A stretch of DNA of 64,000 nt from contig JAAOMT010000657.1 of the NCBI GenBank assembly GCA_016748015.1, forward strand, positions 186,001 to 250,000. Reading direction: 5' to 3'. Below, one piece after another: positions 37,486-50,071 of the stretch. A program made the position numbers and the translations under genes. The stretch is from Geosiphon pyriformis uo1. Lineage: Eukaryota > Fungi > Glomeromycota. The stretch's first letter is position 1, and each line of letters begins with the position of its first letter. The notes below the pieces were generated by a model. That model ran no database searches and had not been told where the DNA came from. It worked only from the letters and a program-made list of their open reading frames with translations.

Positions 37486-40169
37486 GCGCACCTCCAAAGG
37501 GTGAAAGTGCAAGCCAACCAGAAGAAAACCCCTTTTACACTTTTAACTTAACTGATGATGACCATGACATGGATGAATTAGCAATCAACCCCTCTGAATC
37601 TACAAGAAAGAAGAAGAAAGCCAAAGTTGATTTTGTTCTAGACCCCAATAAAGCTTCTATATCAACTGCTGACAACAATGAGCCCCCAAAAGCCAAAGTT
37701 TTCAAGAACCCTCCAAAGTTGAAACTCCCAGAAATAGTACAAAAATCTGGTCCCTATTCTGTTGTCAAAGACCTTATGAAAACCCCAGTACATATAACCT
37801 TTGGCCAATTGATGACCCATCCACAATTCAGAAAAAATCTTCGCAAATCTCTGATTCCAAAGAAAAAGACACTCAAAACCAACAAATGCCTTTGCCAAGC
37901 TGGACTTGCTGACAATAGCAATGTCACTCCTCTAATTTGTAAAACCCAAGTGGCTGGCTACTTCATCGATTTGATCCTAAACAGTGGATCATTTGTTAGT
38001 GTTATTGCCAAACACTTTCTTGAAGCAATTGGCAGAAAAATTGATGAATCATCCACATGACCAATGACCAATGTGCATAGTGATAAGAAAAAAGGGCTTG
38101 GCATAGCCAAAGCTATTCCTGTCTGCATCAATGGCATCAGCATTAAAACTGATATGGAAGTGTCTGAAGCAAAAGAATACACCATCATTGTTGGCAATGA
38201 ATGGCTCAAGAAAGCAAAGGCTTTGCTTGATTATGAACTCTGTGAACTAACCATTAGATGTGGTGAGAAACCCATTGTGGTTAAGTGTCACCATTGGACA
38301 ACTCCCCCAGTACCCAAGCAGAGTCCAGAAGAAAATGAATCAGATGAATCAGATGATGAAAAAAGTGAGGAAGAAGAAGAACAAGAAGAACAAGAAGAAC
38401 AAAAAAAAACTGCTGAACTCACCTATACCATCTTCACTAGCAATGGCAAACCACTGGATAATGTCAAGGCAGATAAAAAAGGAATCATTGTTAATGGCAA
38501 GCTAATCTACTGGCCTTATTATGACATGCTCAGAAGAACCTTTGACAAAAAGCCAGGCAAAAAAGCCAAATACAGTTATTGGTGGCATGGTCTTTGTGCC
38601 TGGTGCTGGTGCGACAAACCATTGTATTCTTCTAGTGATGAATGCATGTCCTGCCTGATCTATTACAAAGATTGGGAACCAATCAGCTTGATACCCCGAG
38701 AGGAAATAAAAGAAGTCCAAAAGTCCTTTGAAAATGAACCACCTGAAATCCAATTACTGGTTGTAGAACAAAAAAAACTCTCTCCAGAAGAAAGAAAAGT
38801 AAACATTGAAAACCTGCTGGCTAGAAACAATCCAGTTATCTCAAAAGAAGGTGAACCTCCTGGACGTACACATGTGATACAACACACCATCATTACCAGA
38901 GAAACTCACCCCATTTATTTGAAGCCCTATCAATCCAACAGGTGCAATGATGAGTTTATAAAAAAGGAAATAACCTGAATGAAAACCCTTGAATTCATAC
39001 AGAAAACCAAGAGTGAATGGGCATTCCCAGTTGTAGTGGTATCCAAGAAAGAAGGAACCCTACACTTTTGTGTTGACTATCGCCAATTAAATGCCATTAC
39101 TGAAAGAGACATGTACCCACTTCCTAAGATTGATGCAATGCTAGACCAATTCCATGTTTTCTTCTCAATCATTGACTTAACTGCTGGATTCTGGCAAGTA
39201 AAGATGGATCCAGAAAGCAGAAAAAAAACTGCTTTCATCACCAAGTATGGTACCTACGAATTCACAGTTATGCCTTTTGGTCTCACAAATACTCCTCTCA
39301 CATTTCAATGCTTAATGGACAAAGTATTTGAATCAGTAAAAAAAAACTTTGTTCTAGTCTACTTGGACGACATAATGGTATACTCAAAAACCTGAGATGA
39401 ACACCTTGAACATTTGCAAAAGGTTTTTGACCTCCTTAGAAATGCTGGTCTCAAGATCAATCCAATCAAATCATTCTTTGGATGTCAATCCACTCAGTTC
39501 CTTGGCCATCTTATTACAAAAGATGGAATCTTCCCTGATCCAGCCAAAATTGAAAAAGTTCAAAACATTAGACAACCAATGAATGTTCATGAACTACACT
39601 TTTTTCTTGGTTTGGCCTCTTATTATTGCAAGTTTGTCAAGAATTTCTCCAAAATCGCTGCTCCTCTCAATCAGCTACTTAGAAAAAACATCAATTATTA
39701 CTGGGGCACTCATCAACAAAAAGCATTTGAAATTCTGAAGGAAAAACTGGTTACAGAACCCATTCTCATGCAACCTAATTTGGATCAACCTTTTATCCTC
39801 CACACTGATGCATCTGGCTATGGACTTGGTGCTGTTTTTTCTCAAAAAGATGAAGATAACAGAAAACACGCTGTAGCATATGCCAGTAGAACTTTCACAC
39901 CAGCAGAAAGGAACTACTCAGTTACTGAGCAGGAATGTTTAGCAGTAGTTTGGACTACTAGCTACTGGGACAAATATCTTAAGGGTGTGAAATTTTTGGT
40001 GGTAACAGATCACTAAGCTTTGGTTTGGCTACGCAACAAAAGAAACCTAGAACATAAATGGATAACTCGCTGAATACTCCACTTGGATGAATTCGACTAT
40101 GACATTCAACACCGCAAAGGAGCTAATCATCAAAATGCTGACACTCTCTCCAGACTTATCATCCAGTGA
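37473..40169 (+). pseudogene. pol: A3 pol (protease, Cys-rich insert, reverse transcriptase, RNase H) in the -1 frame relative to gag; ends before integrase
   Basis: LILNSGS (DSG), FCVDYRQLN, MPFGL, VYLDD, LHTDASGYGLGA, EQECLAVVW, VTDH, ADTLSRLIIQ*. Confidence 0.92.
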
Positions 40170-40234
40170 TAGTAAAACCCTCTCAAACTAAACCAACTTA
40201 ATTATTTGTAACTCCCTCACAAACAAACACGATA

Positions 40235-41548
40235 ATAGACTTGGACAACTACTCTGCTTTAATGAAATTTTTGGGTAAAAGACAATACCCACCAGACTAT
40301 AATTGACAGCAAAGAGAACATTTGTGCAAACAATCAAATTTCTATTTGATTCGCCAGAACCAGTTATATAAAAGAAATAGAAAAGATCCTGACTGCCTCC
40401 AGAGAGTTATTAGATTTGAAGAAAGAGAAATTGTGATCTACAATATGCACACTGATCCATTAGCTGAACACTTTGGAAAAACAAAAACAATTCAGAAAAC
40501 TTTAGCTTGCTATTATTGGCCTACTTTGGAAAAAGACATTGCTAAATACATCAAAACCTGTGATACCTGCCAAAGAAGAGGAAAACCCAATCGCAAGAAA
40601 GATATCCATTCAATCTCTATTAGTCAACTATTTGATAGAATTGGTATAGATGTTGTTGGATCTTTAACAGTAACTCCTGATGGCAACAGATACATTATCA
40701 CAGCTACCGACTATCTTACAAAGTGGGTAGAAACAAGAGCCACTCCAGATCAAACAGCAGTCTCAATTGCCAATTTCATTTATGAAGATATTATCTGTCA
40801 CCACAGCTGCCCCAAAGAACTTTTATCTAATAGAGGAAGAGCTTTTCTCAGTACACTGGTTGAAGAACTTTGCAGAAAAATGGGAATACGTCATAAACTC
40901 TTTTTCTCTTATCACCCCCAAACAAATGGCCTAGTGGAATGTTTCAATAGAACACTATGTGAAACCCTAGCCAAAACCAGTGAAGAAACCAACCTATGGG
41001 ACAAAGTATTGCCTTCAGCCTTGTTTGCTTACAGAACTGTGAATTATAACATAACAAGTTATGAACCCTTTTATCTGCTCTATGGATGAATGGCAACTCT
41101 ATCAATAGAAATGGATATAGAAACAATACCTTTTGAAGAAATAACAATAGGAGATTACAAGGATATTTTGCAAAAAAGACTTGGTACCATTCTTAACTTA
41201 TTAGTAGAAGCACGGATAATTGCCTTTGAAAAGATAAAACAGGTCCAAGAGAAGCTCAAAAAGAAAAAGACCTATAAAACACTTTCCTTAAGTGTTGGTG
41301 ACTTAGTTTTGGAATACTGTTCAGACAAAGACAATGTCTATGGTAATAAATTCTCTAGCCGGTGGAAAAGACCCTTTATAGTCAACAAAGTTTTGAACAA
41401 TGGTTCTTATATCTTACAAGATCAATATGGAACAATATTCAGTAATTGCCCTGTTCATGGCATGCAACTCAAGAAATATCACAAACAACCTGATTGGTTA
41501 CCTGTTGTAGTAATACTGACCCAAATGATCAGCAAAAATTAGATATAA
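40235..41548 (+). pseudogene. A3 integrase, separate ORF (start codon mutated to ATA)
   Basis: HTDPLAEH...CDTC, IGIDVVG, NGLVE; begins 65 nt after the RNase H stop, in a different frame. Confidence 0.88.
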
Positions 41549-41589
41549 ATAAATGCACTATTCCCAAAACAGAGGTATCTTCAATCAAC

Positions 41590-42246
41590 ATGAACAATTA
41601 TTTCCTGGATCAAAACATTCAAAATGCTTTCTATACTCTCCATGAGTACTGGATCAAGAACTATCCAAATACTACTCTGACTATCGGAAAACAAACCACT
41701 ATAACAGACAACAGTGGAACTTACACTGTTATTAGACCAAAGAAAACAACTACCAAAAGAAAAAGAATTGGTGGCAAAATGGATAAATATCTGCTGGAAA
41801 GCATAACAGCAGTGATACTTTCATCTTCCAGCACAATTGGAAAAACAATACAAGAAATCTTGCCCATAGACAAAAACTTGTCATATGGAAGACAACTAGA
41901 ACTCTATGGTTGTCTTGGTGAAATCATAGAAGACATGAAGCTTATGAAGAAAACAACTTCAGAGATACAAGTGGAAATTTTGGGCATTATACGATTGGAT
42001 GTCCCAAGAGTTTTGACCATTGCAAGAAGAGCCAGAACTCTTATACAAAGATTTGGTTTCTTGGATACAAAGCTTATTTTGTTTCAAGTACTATATACTC
42101 TATTCACAAAAGACTTCAACAAACTAGTTAGTTTTGAGTTAGACAAAACCCTTCACATAGACTATCCCATAAATAGTTTGATTTCGCCGGAGCTTAATCT
42201 CTTTGGAGAGAATGATGTTATGGTTGAAACACATAGTTTTTATTAA
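41590..42246 (+). CDS. A3 extra ORF of unknown function (218 aa), overlapping the PPT and the first 31 nt of the 3' LTR
   Basis: Stop-free, MNNYFLDQNIQN...VMVETHSFY; conserved in A1 and A2. Confidence 0.75.
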   Translation: MNNYFLDQNIQNAFYTLHEYWIKNYPNTTLTIGKQTTITDNSGTYTVIRPKKTTTKRKRIGGKMDKYLLESITAVILSSSSTIGKTIQEILPIDKNLSYGRQLELYGCLGEIIEDMKLMKKTTSEIQVEILGIIRLDVPRVLTIARRARTLIQRFGFLDTKLILFQVLYTLFTKDFNKLVSFELDKTLHIDYPINSLISPELNLFGENDVMVETHSFY

Positions 42247-42308
42247 TTATCACATGTATTAGCCACTGATGTCATATAATTAGCCACTCTATTTTTAGAT
42301 AGTGATTG

Positions 42309-42424
42309 TTGACCTGATCAATGACCTGACCATTGACTTGATCATTGACCTGATCATTGATCTGATCATTGACCTGATTATTGACCTGATCATTGACCTG
42401 ATCATTGACCTGATTGTTGACCAC
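42309..42424 (+). repeat. 12-bp tandem repeat TTGACCTGATCA in LTR-A U3 (9 full copies here)
   Basis: Directly visible; present in the LTR-A copies in variable number. Confidence 0.92.
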
Positions 42425-44660
42425 TTTAGATAGCTATATAAGTAATGATTCCCTTAGCTGTAGAAAGACATGATTAAAGTAATGAAATAAACAATATCAA
42501 TTACTTCCTCTCATAATTGCTTATTCCCCTTTCCTTATCTTCAAGTATCTACTTGTTGGCATTCACATACCTTATCTTTTCCCCTTCTTGATTTGTATTT
42601 GTTAGAATTAGCCTGAGAAGCAATTGACTTGCTCTTGTAATTCATTGAATAAAGAAACAATTGAAAAGTACAATGATACCTGTTATTGATTCTAAGAATT
42701 GCCGAGTTGAGGCATAGAATAATAGTAGCAGTGTTATCTTGTTGACAATTACGGACTATTTCTCTACCTTCAGATTTGAGAAAAGATTAGTGACTGTGAT
42801 TTTTATGAAACTGATCACACACATTGAATTCCTACTTATTCAATTTGCTCTCTTATTGTAATTCCTTCTTTGTTTATTTCCATCACCATACAATACTGTT
42901 CTCCTTTGCTATCCGTTAGCTTGTTACTCCAACCCGTAACAATATTCTTAGAAAAACCTTTGAAAGAAAACCTGGCAAGAAAGCCAAATACAGTTTTTGG
43001 TGGCATGGTCCTTGTACCTGGTGTTGGTGCAACAAACCCTTGTATTCTCCAAGCAATGAATGCAAATCATGCCTGATCTATTACAGAAATTGGGAACCAA
43101 TCAGTTTGATACCCAGAGAAAAATTAAAAGAAGTACAGAAGTCCTTTGAGAATGAACCACCTGAGATCTAATCACTGGTTGTAGAACAAAAAGAACTCTC
43201 CCCAGAAGAAAGAAAAATAAACATTGAAAATTTGCTGGCTAGAAATAGCCCAGTTATCTCTAAAGAAGATGATACCCCTGGACATACCCATGTAATACAA
43301 CACACCATCATCACCAGAGAAACTTGACTCATCCATTTGAAACCTTATCAATCCAATCAGCACAATAATGAGTTTATCAAGAAAGAGATAAACCAGATGA
43401 AAAAACTTGGATTCATACAAGAAACCAAGAGTGAATGGGCTTTCCCAGTTGTAGTGATATCCAAGAAAGGTGGAACACTATGCTTCTGTGTTGACTATCA
43501 CCAATTAAATGCCATCACTAAAAGAGATATGTACCCACTTCCCAAGATTAATGCAATATTAAACCAATTCAAAGATACTGCTTTCTTTTCAACTATTGAC
43601 TTAACTGCTGGATTCTGGCAAGTAGAGATGGATCCAAAAAGCAGAAAGAAAACTGCTTTCATCACCAAGTATGGCATCTATGAATTCACAGTTATGTTTT
43701 TTGGTCTCACCAATGCCCCTTCCACCTTTTAATGTTTAATAGATAAAGTATTTGAATCAGTCAAGGAAAACTTTGTTCTAGTTTATTTGGATAACATAAT
43801 GGTATACTCAAAAACCTGGGATGAACACCTGAAACATTTGCAAAAGGTTTTTGACCTCCTTAGAAATGCTGGTCTCAAGATCAACCCAATCAAATCTTTC
43901 TTTGGAAGACAATCCACCAAGTTCCTTGGTCATCTTATTACAAAAGATAGAATCTTTCCTGACCCAGCCAAAGTTGAAAAAGTCCAAAACATCAAACAAC
44001 CAATAAACATTCATGAACTATGCTCTTTTCTTGGTTTGGCCTCTTATTATTGCAAATTTGTCAAGGATTTCTCCAAAATCGCCTCTCCTTTCAATCAGCT
44101 ACTCAGGAAAAATGTCAATTACTATTGGGGAACACATCAGCAAAAAGCCTTTGAAACTTTAAAGAAAAAACTGGTTACAGAACCCATCCTCAAGCAATCT
44201 GATCTAGATCAACCCTTTATCCTCCACACTAATGCATCTGGCTTTGGACTTGGTGCTGTTCTCTCCCAGAAAGATGAAGATGGCAAAGAACATGCCATAG
44301 CCTATGCCAGTAGAACTTTTTCCCCAACAGAACAGAACTATTTAGTCACTGAACAAGAATGCTTAGCAGTAGTATGATCTACCAGTTACTGGAACAAGTA
44401 TCTTCTTGGTGTGAAGTTTTTGGTGGTAACAGATCACCAAGCTTTGGTTTGGCTGCACAACAAAAAGAGACTAGAACACAAATGGATAACTTGCTGAATA
44501 CTCCACTTGGATAAATTCAACTATGATATTCAACATTACAAAGGAGCTAATCATTAAAATGCCGACGCTTTCTCCAGACTTACCATCTAGTAACAGAACA
44601 ATCTTCTCAAACCAAACCAACTTAATTATTAGTAATTCCCCCTTTTTGACAAACATGATA

Positions 44661-45974
44661 ATGGACTTAGACAACTACTCTGTCTTAATAGAATTTTTGG
44701 GTAAAGGACAATATCCACTGAAATACACATGACAACAAAGAGAACATTTGTGCAAACAATCAAATTTCTATTTGATTTGCCAGAACCAACTTTATAAAAG
44801 AAATAGAAAAGATCTTGACCACCCCCAGAAAGTCATCAAATTTGAAAAAAGAGAAATTGTGATCTACAATATGCACACTGATCTATTAGCTGGACACTTT
44901 GGAAAAACAAAAACAATTCAGAAAACTATAGCTTACTATTATTGGCTTACCTTGGGAAAAGACATTGCTAAATACATCAAAACCTGTGATATCTGCCAAA
45001 GAAGAGGAAAACCCAATTGCAAAGAAGATATTCATCCAATCTTTGTTGGTCAACTCTTTGACAGAATTGGTATAAATGTTGTTGGATCTTTAACAATAAC
45101 TCCTGATGGCAACAGATACATTATCACAGCTACCAACTATCTTACAAAGTGGGTAAAAGCAAGAGCCATTTCAGACCAAACAGCAGTTTCAATAGCCAAT
45201 TTCATTTATGAAGATATCATTTGTTGCCATGGCTGCCCCAAAAAACTTTTATCTGACAGAGGAAGAGCTTTTCTCAGTACACTTGTTGAAGAACTTTGCA
45301 GAAAAATGGGAATACATCACAAACTTTTCTCTCCTTATTACCCCCAAACAAATGGCTTAGTAGAACGTTTCAATAGAACATTATGTGAAACTCTAGCCAA
45401 AACCAGCAAAGAAACAAACTTATGGGACAAAATACTGCCTTCAGCTTTGTTTGCTTATAGAACTGTGAATCATGACATAACAAGTTATGAACCCTTTTAT
45501 CTACTCTATGAACAAATGGCAACCCTACTAATAGAAACTGACATTAAGACAATACCTTTTGAAGAAATAACAATAGAGAATTACAAAGACATTTTGCAAA
45601 GAAGACTTGGTACCATTCTTGACTTATTAATAGAAGCACAGATAATTGCCTTTGAAAAGATAAAACAATTTCAAGAGAAGCTTAAAAAAAAGAAAACATA
45701 TAAAACACTTTCCTTAAGTGTTGGTGACTTAGTTTTAGAATACCATTCAGACAGAGACAATGTCTATAGTAATAAATTCTCTAGCCAATGGAAAGAACCC
45801 TTTATAGTCAACAAAGTTTTGAACAATGGTTTTTATATCTTACAAGATCAATATGGAACAATCTTCAATGATCACCCTGTTCATGGCACATGACTCAAGA
45901 AATATCACAAACGACCTGATTGGTTACTTGTTATGGTAATACCAACCCAAAAAATCAACAAAAATCAGATATAA
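44661..45974 (+). pseudogene. A2 integrase, separate ORF (HHCC, DDE, GPF-like tail; no chromodomain)
   Basis: ATG at 44661, 67 nt after the RNase H stop. HTDLLAGH...CDIC, IGINVVG (D->N), LLSDRG, NGLVERFN, WKEPF. Confidence 0.88.
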
Positions 45975-46015
45975 ATAAATGCACCATTCCCAAAACAGAG
46001 GTATTTTCGATTGAC

Positions 46016-46672
46016 ATGAACAATTATTTTTTAGATCAAAACATTCAAAACACTTTCTACACTCTCCATGAGTACTGGATCAAAAATTATCCAAATGCTA
46101 CTCTGACCATTGGAAAACAAACCACCATAACTGATAACAGTGGAACACATACTGTTATTAGACCAAAGAAAACCACTACCAGAAGAGAAAGAATTAGTAG
46201 CAAAATGGATAAGTATTTACTAGAAAGCATAATAGCAGCAATACTTACACCTTTCATGACAATTGGAAAAACAATTAAAGAAATCTTGCCCATAGACAAA
46301 AACTTGTCATATGGAAGGCAATTAGAACTCTATGGTCGTTTTGGTGAAATTATAGAAGAAATGAAGCTCATGAAGAAAACAACTTCAGAAATACAAGTGG
46401 AAATTTTGGGCATTATACGTTTAGATGTTCCAAGAGTTTTGACCATTGCAAAAAGAGCCAAAACTCTTATACAAAGATTTGGTCTCTTGGATACAAAGCT
46501 TATTTTGCCTCAAGTACTATATATTCTATTCACAAAAAACTTCAATAAACTAGTTAGTTTTGAGTTAGACAAAACTCTTCAATTAGAATACCCTATAAAT
46601 AGCTTGATTTCGCTGGAGCTTAATCTCTTTGGAGAGGATGATATTACAGTTGAAACCCATAATTTTTATTAG
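46016..46672 (+). CDS. A2 extra ORF of unknown function (218 aa), stop inside the 3' LTR
   Basis: Open from ATG 46016; homologous to 41590-42246 and ~23264-23920 (minus). Confidence 0.75.
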   Translation: MNNYFLDQNIQNTFYTLHEYWIKNYPNATLTIGKQTTITDNSGTHTVIRPKKTTTRRERISSKMDKYLLESIIAAILTPFMTIGKTIKEILPIDKNLSYGRQLELYGRFGEIIEEMKLMKKTTSEIQVEILGIIRLDVPRVLTIAKRAKTLIQRFGLLDTKLILPQVLYILFTKNFNKLVSFELDKTLQLEYPINSLISLELNLFGEDDITVETHNFY

Positions 46673-49600
46673 TTATCACATATATTAGTCACTAATGTCA
46701 TATAATTAGCCACTCTATTTTTAGATAGTAATCATTGACCTAGTCATTGATCTGGTCATTGACCATTTTCAATAGATATATAAGCAATAAGTCTCTTAGC
46801 TGTAGAAAATCATCTCTCAGACAAGAATCAAATAAATAAAAATAACAACTTTCATCTCAATTACTTTCTTATTGCTAATTTTTCTTTCCCTACTTTCAAG
46901 TATCTGAACATCTTAGGATAAAAGATTACTTGTTGGTCTTTTCCTGACATATATAATTGTAGCATTTACAGATTATTTGAATAAACATAACTGAAAAGCA
47001 CAAGTTGATACCTGATATTGAATTCTAAGAGCGCCGACATGAGACATAGAATTATATTAGTGGTGATCAATTGTTGACAGTACGGACTATCTCTCTACTT
47101 TCAGATTCCCCAGTTACCTTTAAAAAAAATAGTGACTGAGATATTTTATGAGACTGATCTCGCACATTGAATTCATACTCATTCAATTCGCTTTTTAAAG
47201 TTGAATTTTCCTTTGATTATTTCCATCACCTTACAATCCTGTTTTCTCTTGCTATCCATTAGCTTGTTACTCCAATTCATAATACTACTAACAACTGAGA
47301 CAATACCAGAGTTCTATAAATTATTTTCTATTTCTTAAAAAATATCACCAATTTATGGTATTAGAGTTTGATTCAGAAACCCCAAAACTTTAATGCATTT
47401 AAACTGGAATTTTTTAGATATTTTAGTAATAACAATAGTATTAATCAATTGACAACTGTCTTTACTACTATTAAGTAAAAAAACATTGAAGCAGTTATTA
47501 CTTACTTGAAATGCTTTTACAAAATACTGCATCAAATTCAAGCTATTGACACTAACTATTTTACAGCACCACAAATCCTAAATTAGTTTATCTGTGGTTT
47601 ACACAGTAGCATTTTTCAGCAAATATGCCCATTACATCTACAAACACTCTAAAATACAGTCACACATACCAGAGATTTTGAATTGGTTAAGCTGGAAGCC
47701 AATCATGCTCAAACCATTAATCTAATAATAAGTAGATTATCTGATTTGAATTCCAAGTTAAAACAATTTAGTGATTCTATCAACCAAAAATTAGAGGGAT
47801 ACTTAACTAATAATTAGACAATATATCAACTTTTACAATGTTGTGACAATTCAGGAAACTTTAATCAATCTCAAAGTCAGTCACATTTTTTATTCTCATC
47901 AACCAATTAACAGTAGTAACAAGAGATGCATAGTTGCCACTATTGTAGTAAACAAAAACATTTGCAAATCAATTGTCACACATGATTAAACAATCAATGA
48001 TCGGAAAATCAATATTAAAACCCCAATTGCCAATTTCAAACTTTGAATTATCAATCAAATCAAGACCAATATCAGCCTTAATACACTCCAATAATACAAT
48101 AGGCAATATACTCACTGCTTATTTATTAGACTTCAGTATTAGTAATATATTAACTATAGTTACAGATCATTTATTAAATCCTACTATTTCAAACACCACC
48201 ACAAAACTCAGTTTAAATAACATCTGAAAATCAAAGACTGAAAATTACTTATATCCAACAAAACTAAAAATTAGCAATAGTAATATATCAACCAATTTTC
48301 AGTTTATTAAACCAGTCCTTAAGATTATGTCAGTGAAGTTTGAGAACTGAGTACATCCAAAACCCGAATTTCTAAAACTATTTAAGTCTTTTAATTATCC
48401 CAGAAAACAAATTATCCAATGATTTAGAACCCAACTAATAAGCACTTACTAACAATATTCTACTAGCAACCATCACAAAAAATAAATTACTTACTGCAAT
48501 ATTCTCTTTTAAAATAGAAATCCAAGCCAAAACACTATTTTTTAATAAAGCTGCTCTTAATGCTAAATCAATTATTATCATATATACTAATGCTAAAGTT
48601 AACAGTCATTATATTAAACTAATTCTTAATAGTGGTTTAGCAAGCAACATTATTACATAACAATTTATGGACTAATTAGGTTGCCAAGTTGATTGCACTG
48701 TCAGTGCCAGGATTATTACTGCCAATAAAGTGATAAAAACATTTATTGGTAAGATAGATGACTTTTTATTTGAGATCAATGACATTATGACACTAATCAA
48801 AGTGTTGATCATAGAAGCCACACAATACTAAGTGCTAATTGGTAATAACTGGCTGTCCAAAACCAATACTTTACTTAACTGAAATACCCAAAAGTTATAG
48901 CTCAGTTAAGATGTTTTGTAAATTCAAATATCTACTACTTATGGCCACTTTAAGTCAATCATTATTAATTGAATTAGAAGAAGAAAAGTAGAAATTTACT
49001 TGAGAAGCATATTAGATATTATGAGCCAAAAAAGATCATAATAAGCTATCACCAATCTTATTTTAGAACAACAAAGGAAAAAAAAAGGGAGATAAATCAC
49101 AAGCCACTACTGACTCTAATAAAGCCAACAATAGTTGGCATACACCATACTCAATAAACATTAAGAAAAAACCATCTTATATTCTTTTTAAGTGTATCAA
49201 CTACAAGAAAAAGCTTTCATTTATGAGAGCTTAGATAATATCAAACAAGGACTACTGAACACATACCTATTATTGTTGTAAATTGTGCTACCAAGAATGT
49301 TTTGGTTATCCAAAATAACAAAAAAAATAGAACAATAAACTTTGTCTTACTTACAGAAAAATACTACTCAATAAAAAAATGTAAAACAACATTTTTGGTT
49401 AAAAAAAAACATGCAATACATTATGTCAATACACAATTCTTATTAGTGACTGGGTAAGCCGAGGAACATTTTTTAATGCTGCATGGAACTGAGCATTTTC
49501 ATGCTTAAATGGCTATCCACATAATAAAAACAAAATTTAGTAAATAACAAGTGCCAAAGTTAAAAATGCTTTGCTCAGTAAAATATTGGCAATCAAAAAC

Positions 49601-50071
49601 AATCTATCAAAACCAGTTAAGACCATTCTTATTTCCAATTCAGACACATTTTTTGATATTCTAAGCAATCCAAAACAATTCCACAAACACTACCAAGACT
49701 TAACACCCACTAGAAAAAAGCAAGAGCAGCATTTGGAACAGTTAAATACAAGCCTTTGTAAATACTGCCTAATTTCCAGTAACTTTGAATATTGTGATAA
49801 ATGTGATTTTATTTATAATCTACCATCATATATGATCTATTCAATTTCTAAAGAAGAAAAACCAATCAGCAAATGTGCAATGGAATTGGAATTAAAATTT
49901 AATTCCAATTCAGACTTCGACAATTACAACAATAACAGTTCTAATTTTGTTTATTATGGCAATGACAATAATAATTCAAACTCTAATTACAATTCCAAAC
50001 AATATATTACACTTTCAAATTTAACAATAAAACAAGAACTAAAATGGTTTAGCAATAATAATGAAGGTATT

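Larger units (their letters stand above)
35292..42941 (+). mobile_element. Family-A Gypsy element A3 nested in A2 (5' LTR ~35292-35879 lacking its first ~30 nt; 3' LTR 42216-42941)
   Basis: Paired LTRs sharing a subfamily-specific middle, PBS 35886-35902, and a complete set of internal domains. Confidence 0.93.
31992..47284 (+). mobile_element. Family-A Gypsy element A2 (5' LTR 31992-32658, 3' LTR 46642-47284), interrupted by A3
   Basis: TSD CTAC (31988-31991 / 47285-47288), PBS 32665-32681, PPT GGAGAGGATGA before 46642. Pol resumes at 42942 within a few bases of where it stopped near 35291. Confidence 0.93.

Noticed and set aside
41494-42246. env gene or chromodomain after integrase
   Set aside because: No signal peptide, transmembrane segment or chromodomain aromatic motif. 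The track start at 41494 is a non-ATG extension overlapping integrase; ATG 41590 is conserved.
31992-47284. Tandem three-LTR array or assembly duplication of family A
   Set aside because: There are four LTRs in two matching pairs, A2 pol resumes across A3, and the copies differ by many substitutions; this is nested insertion.
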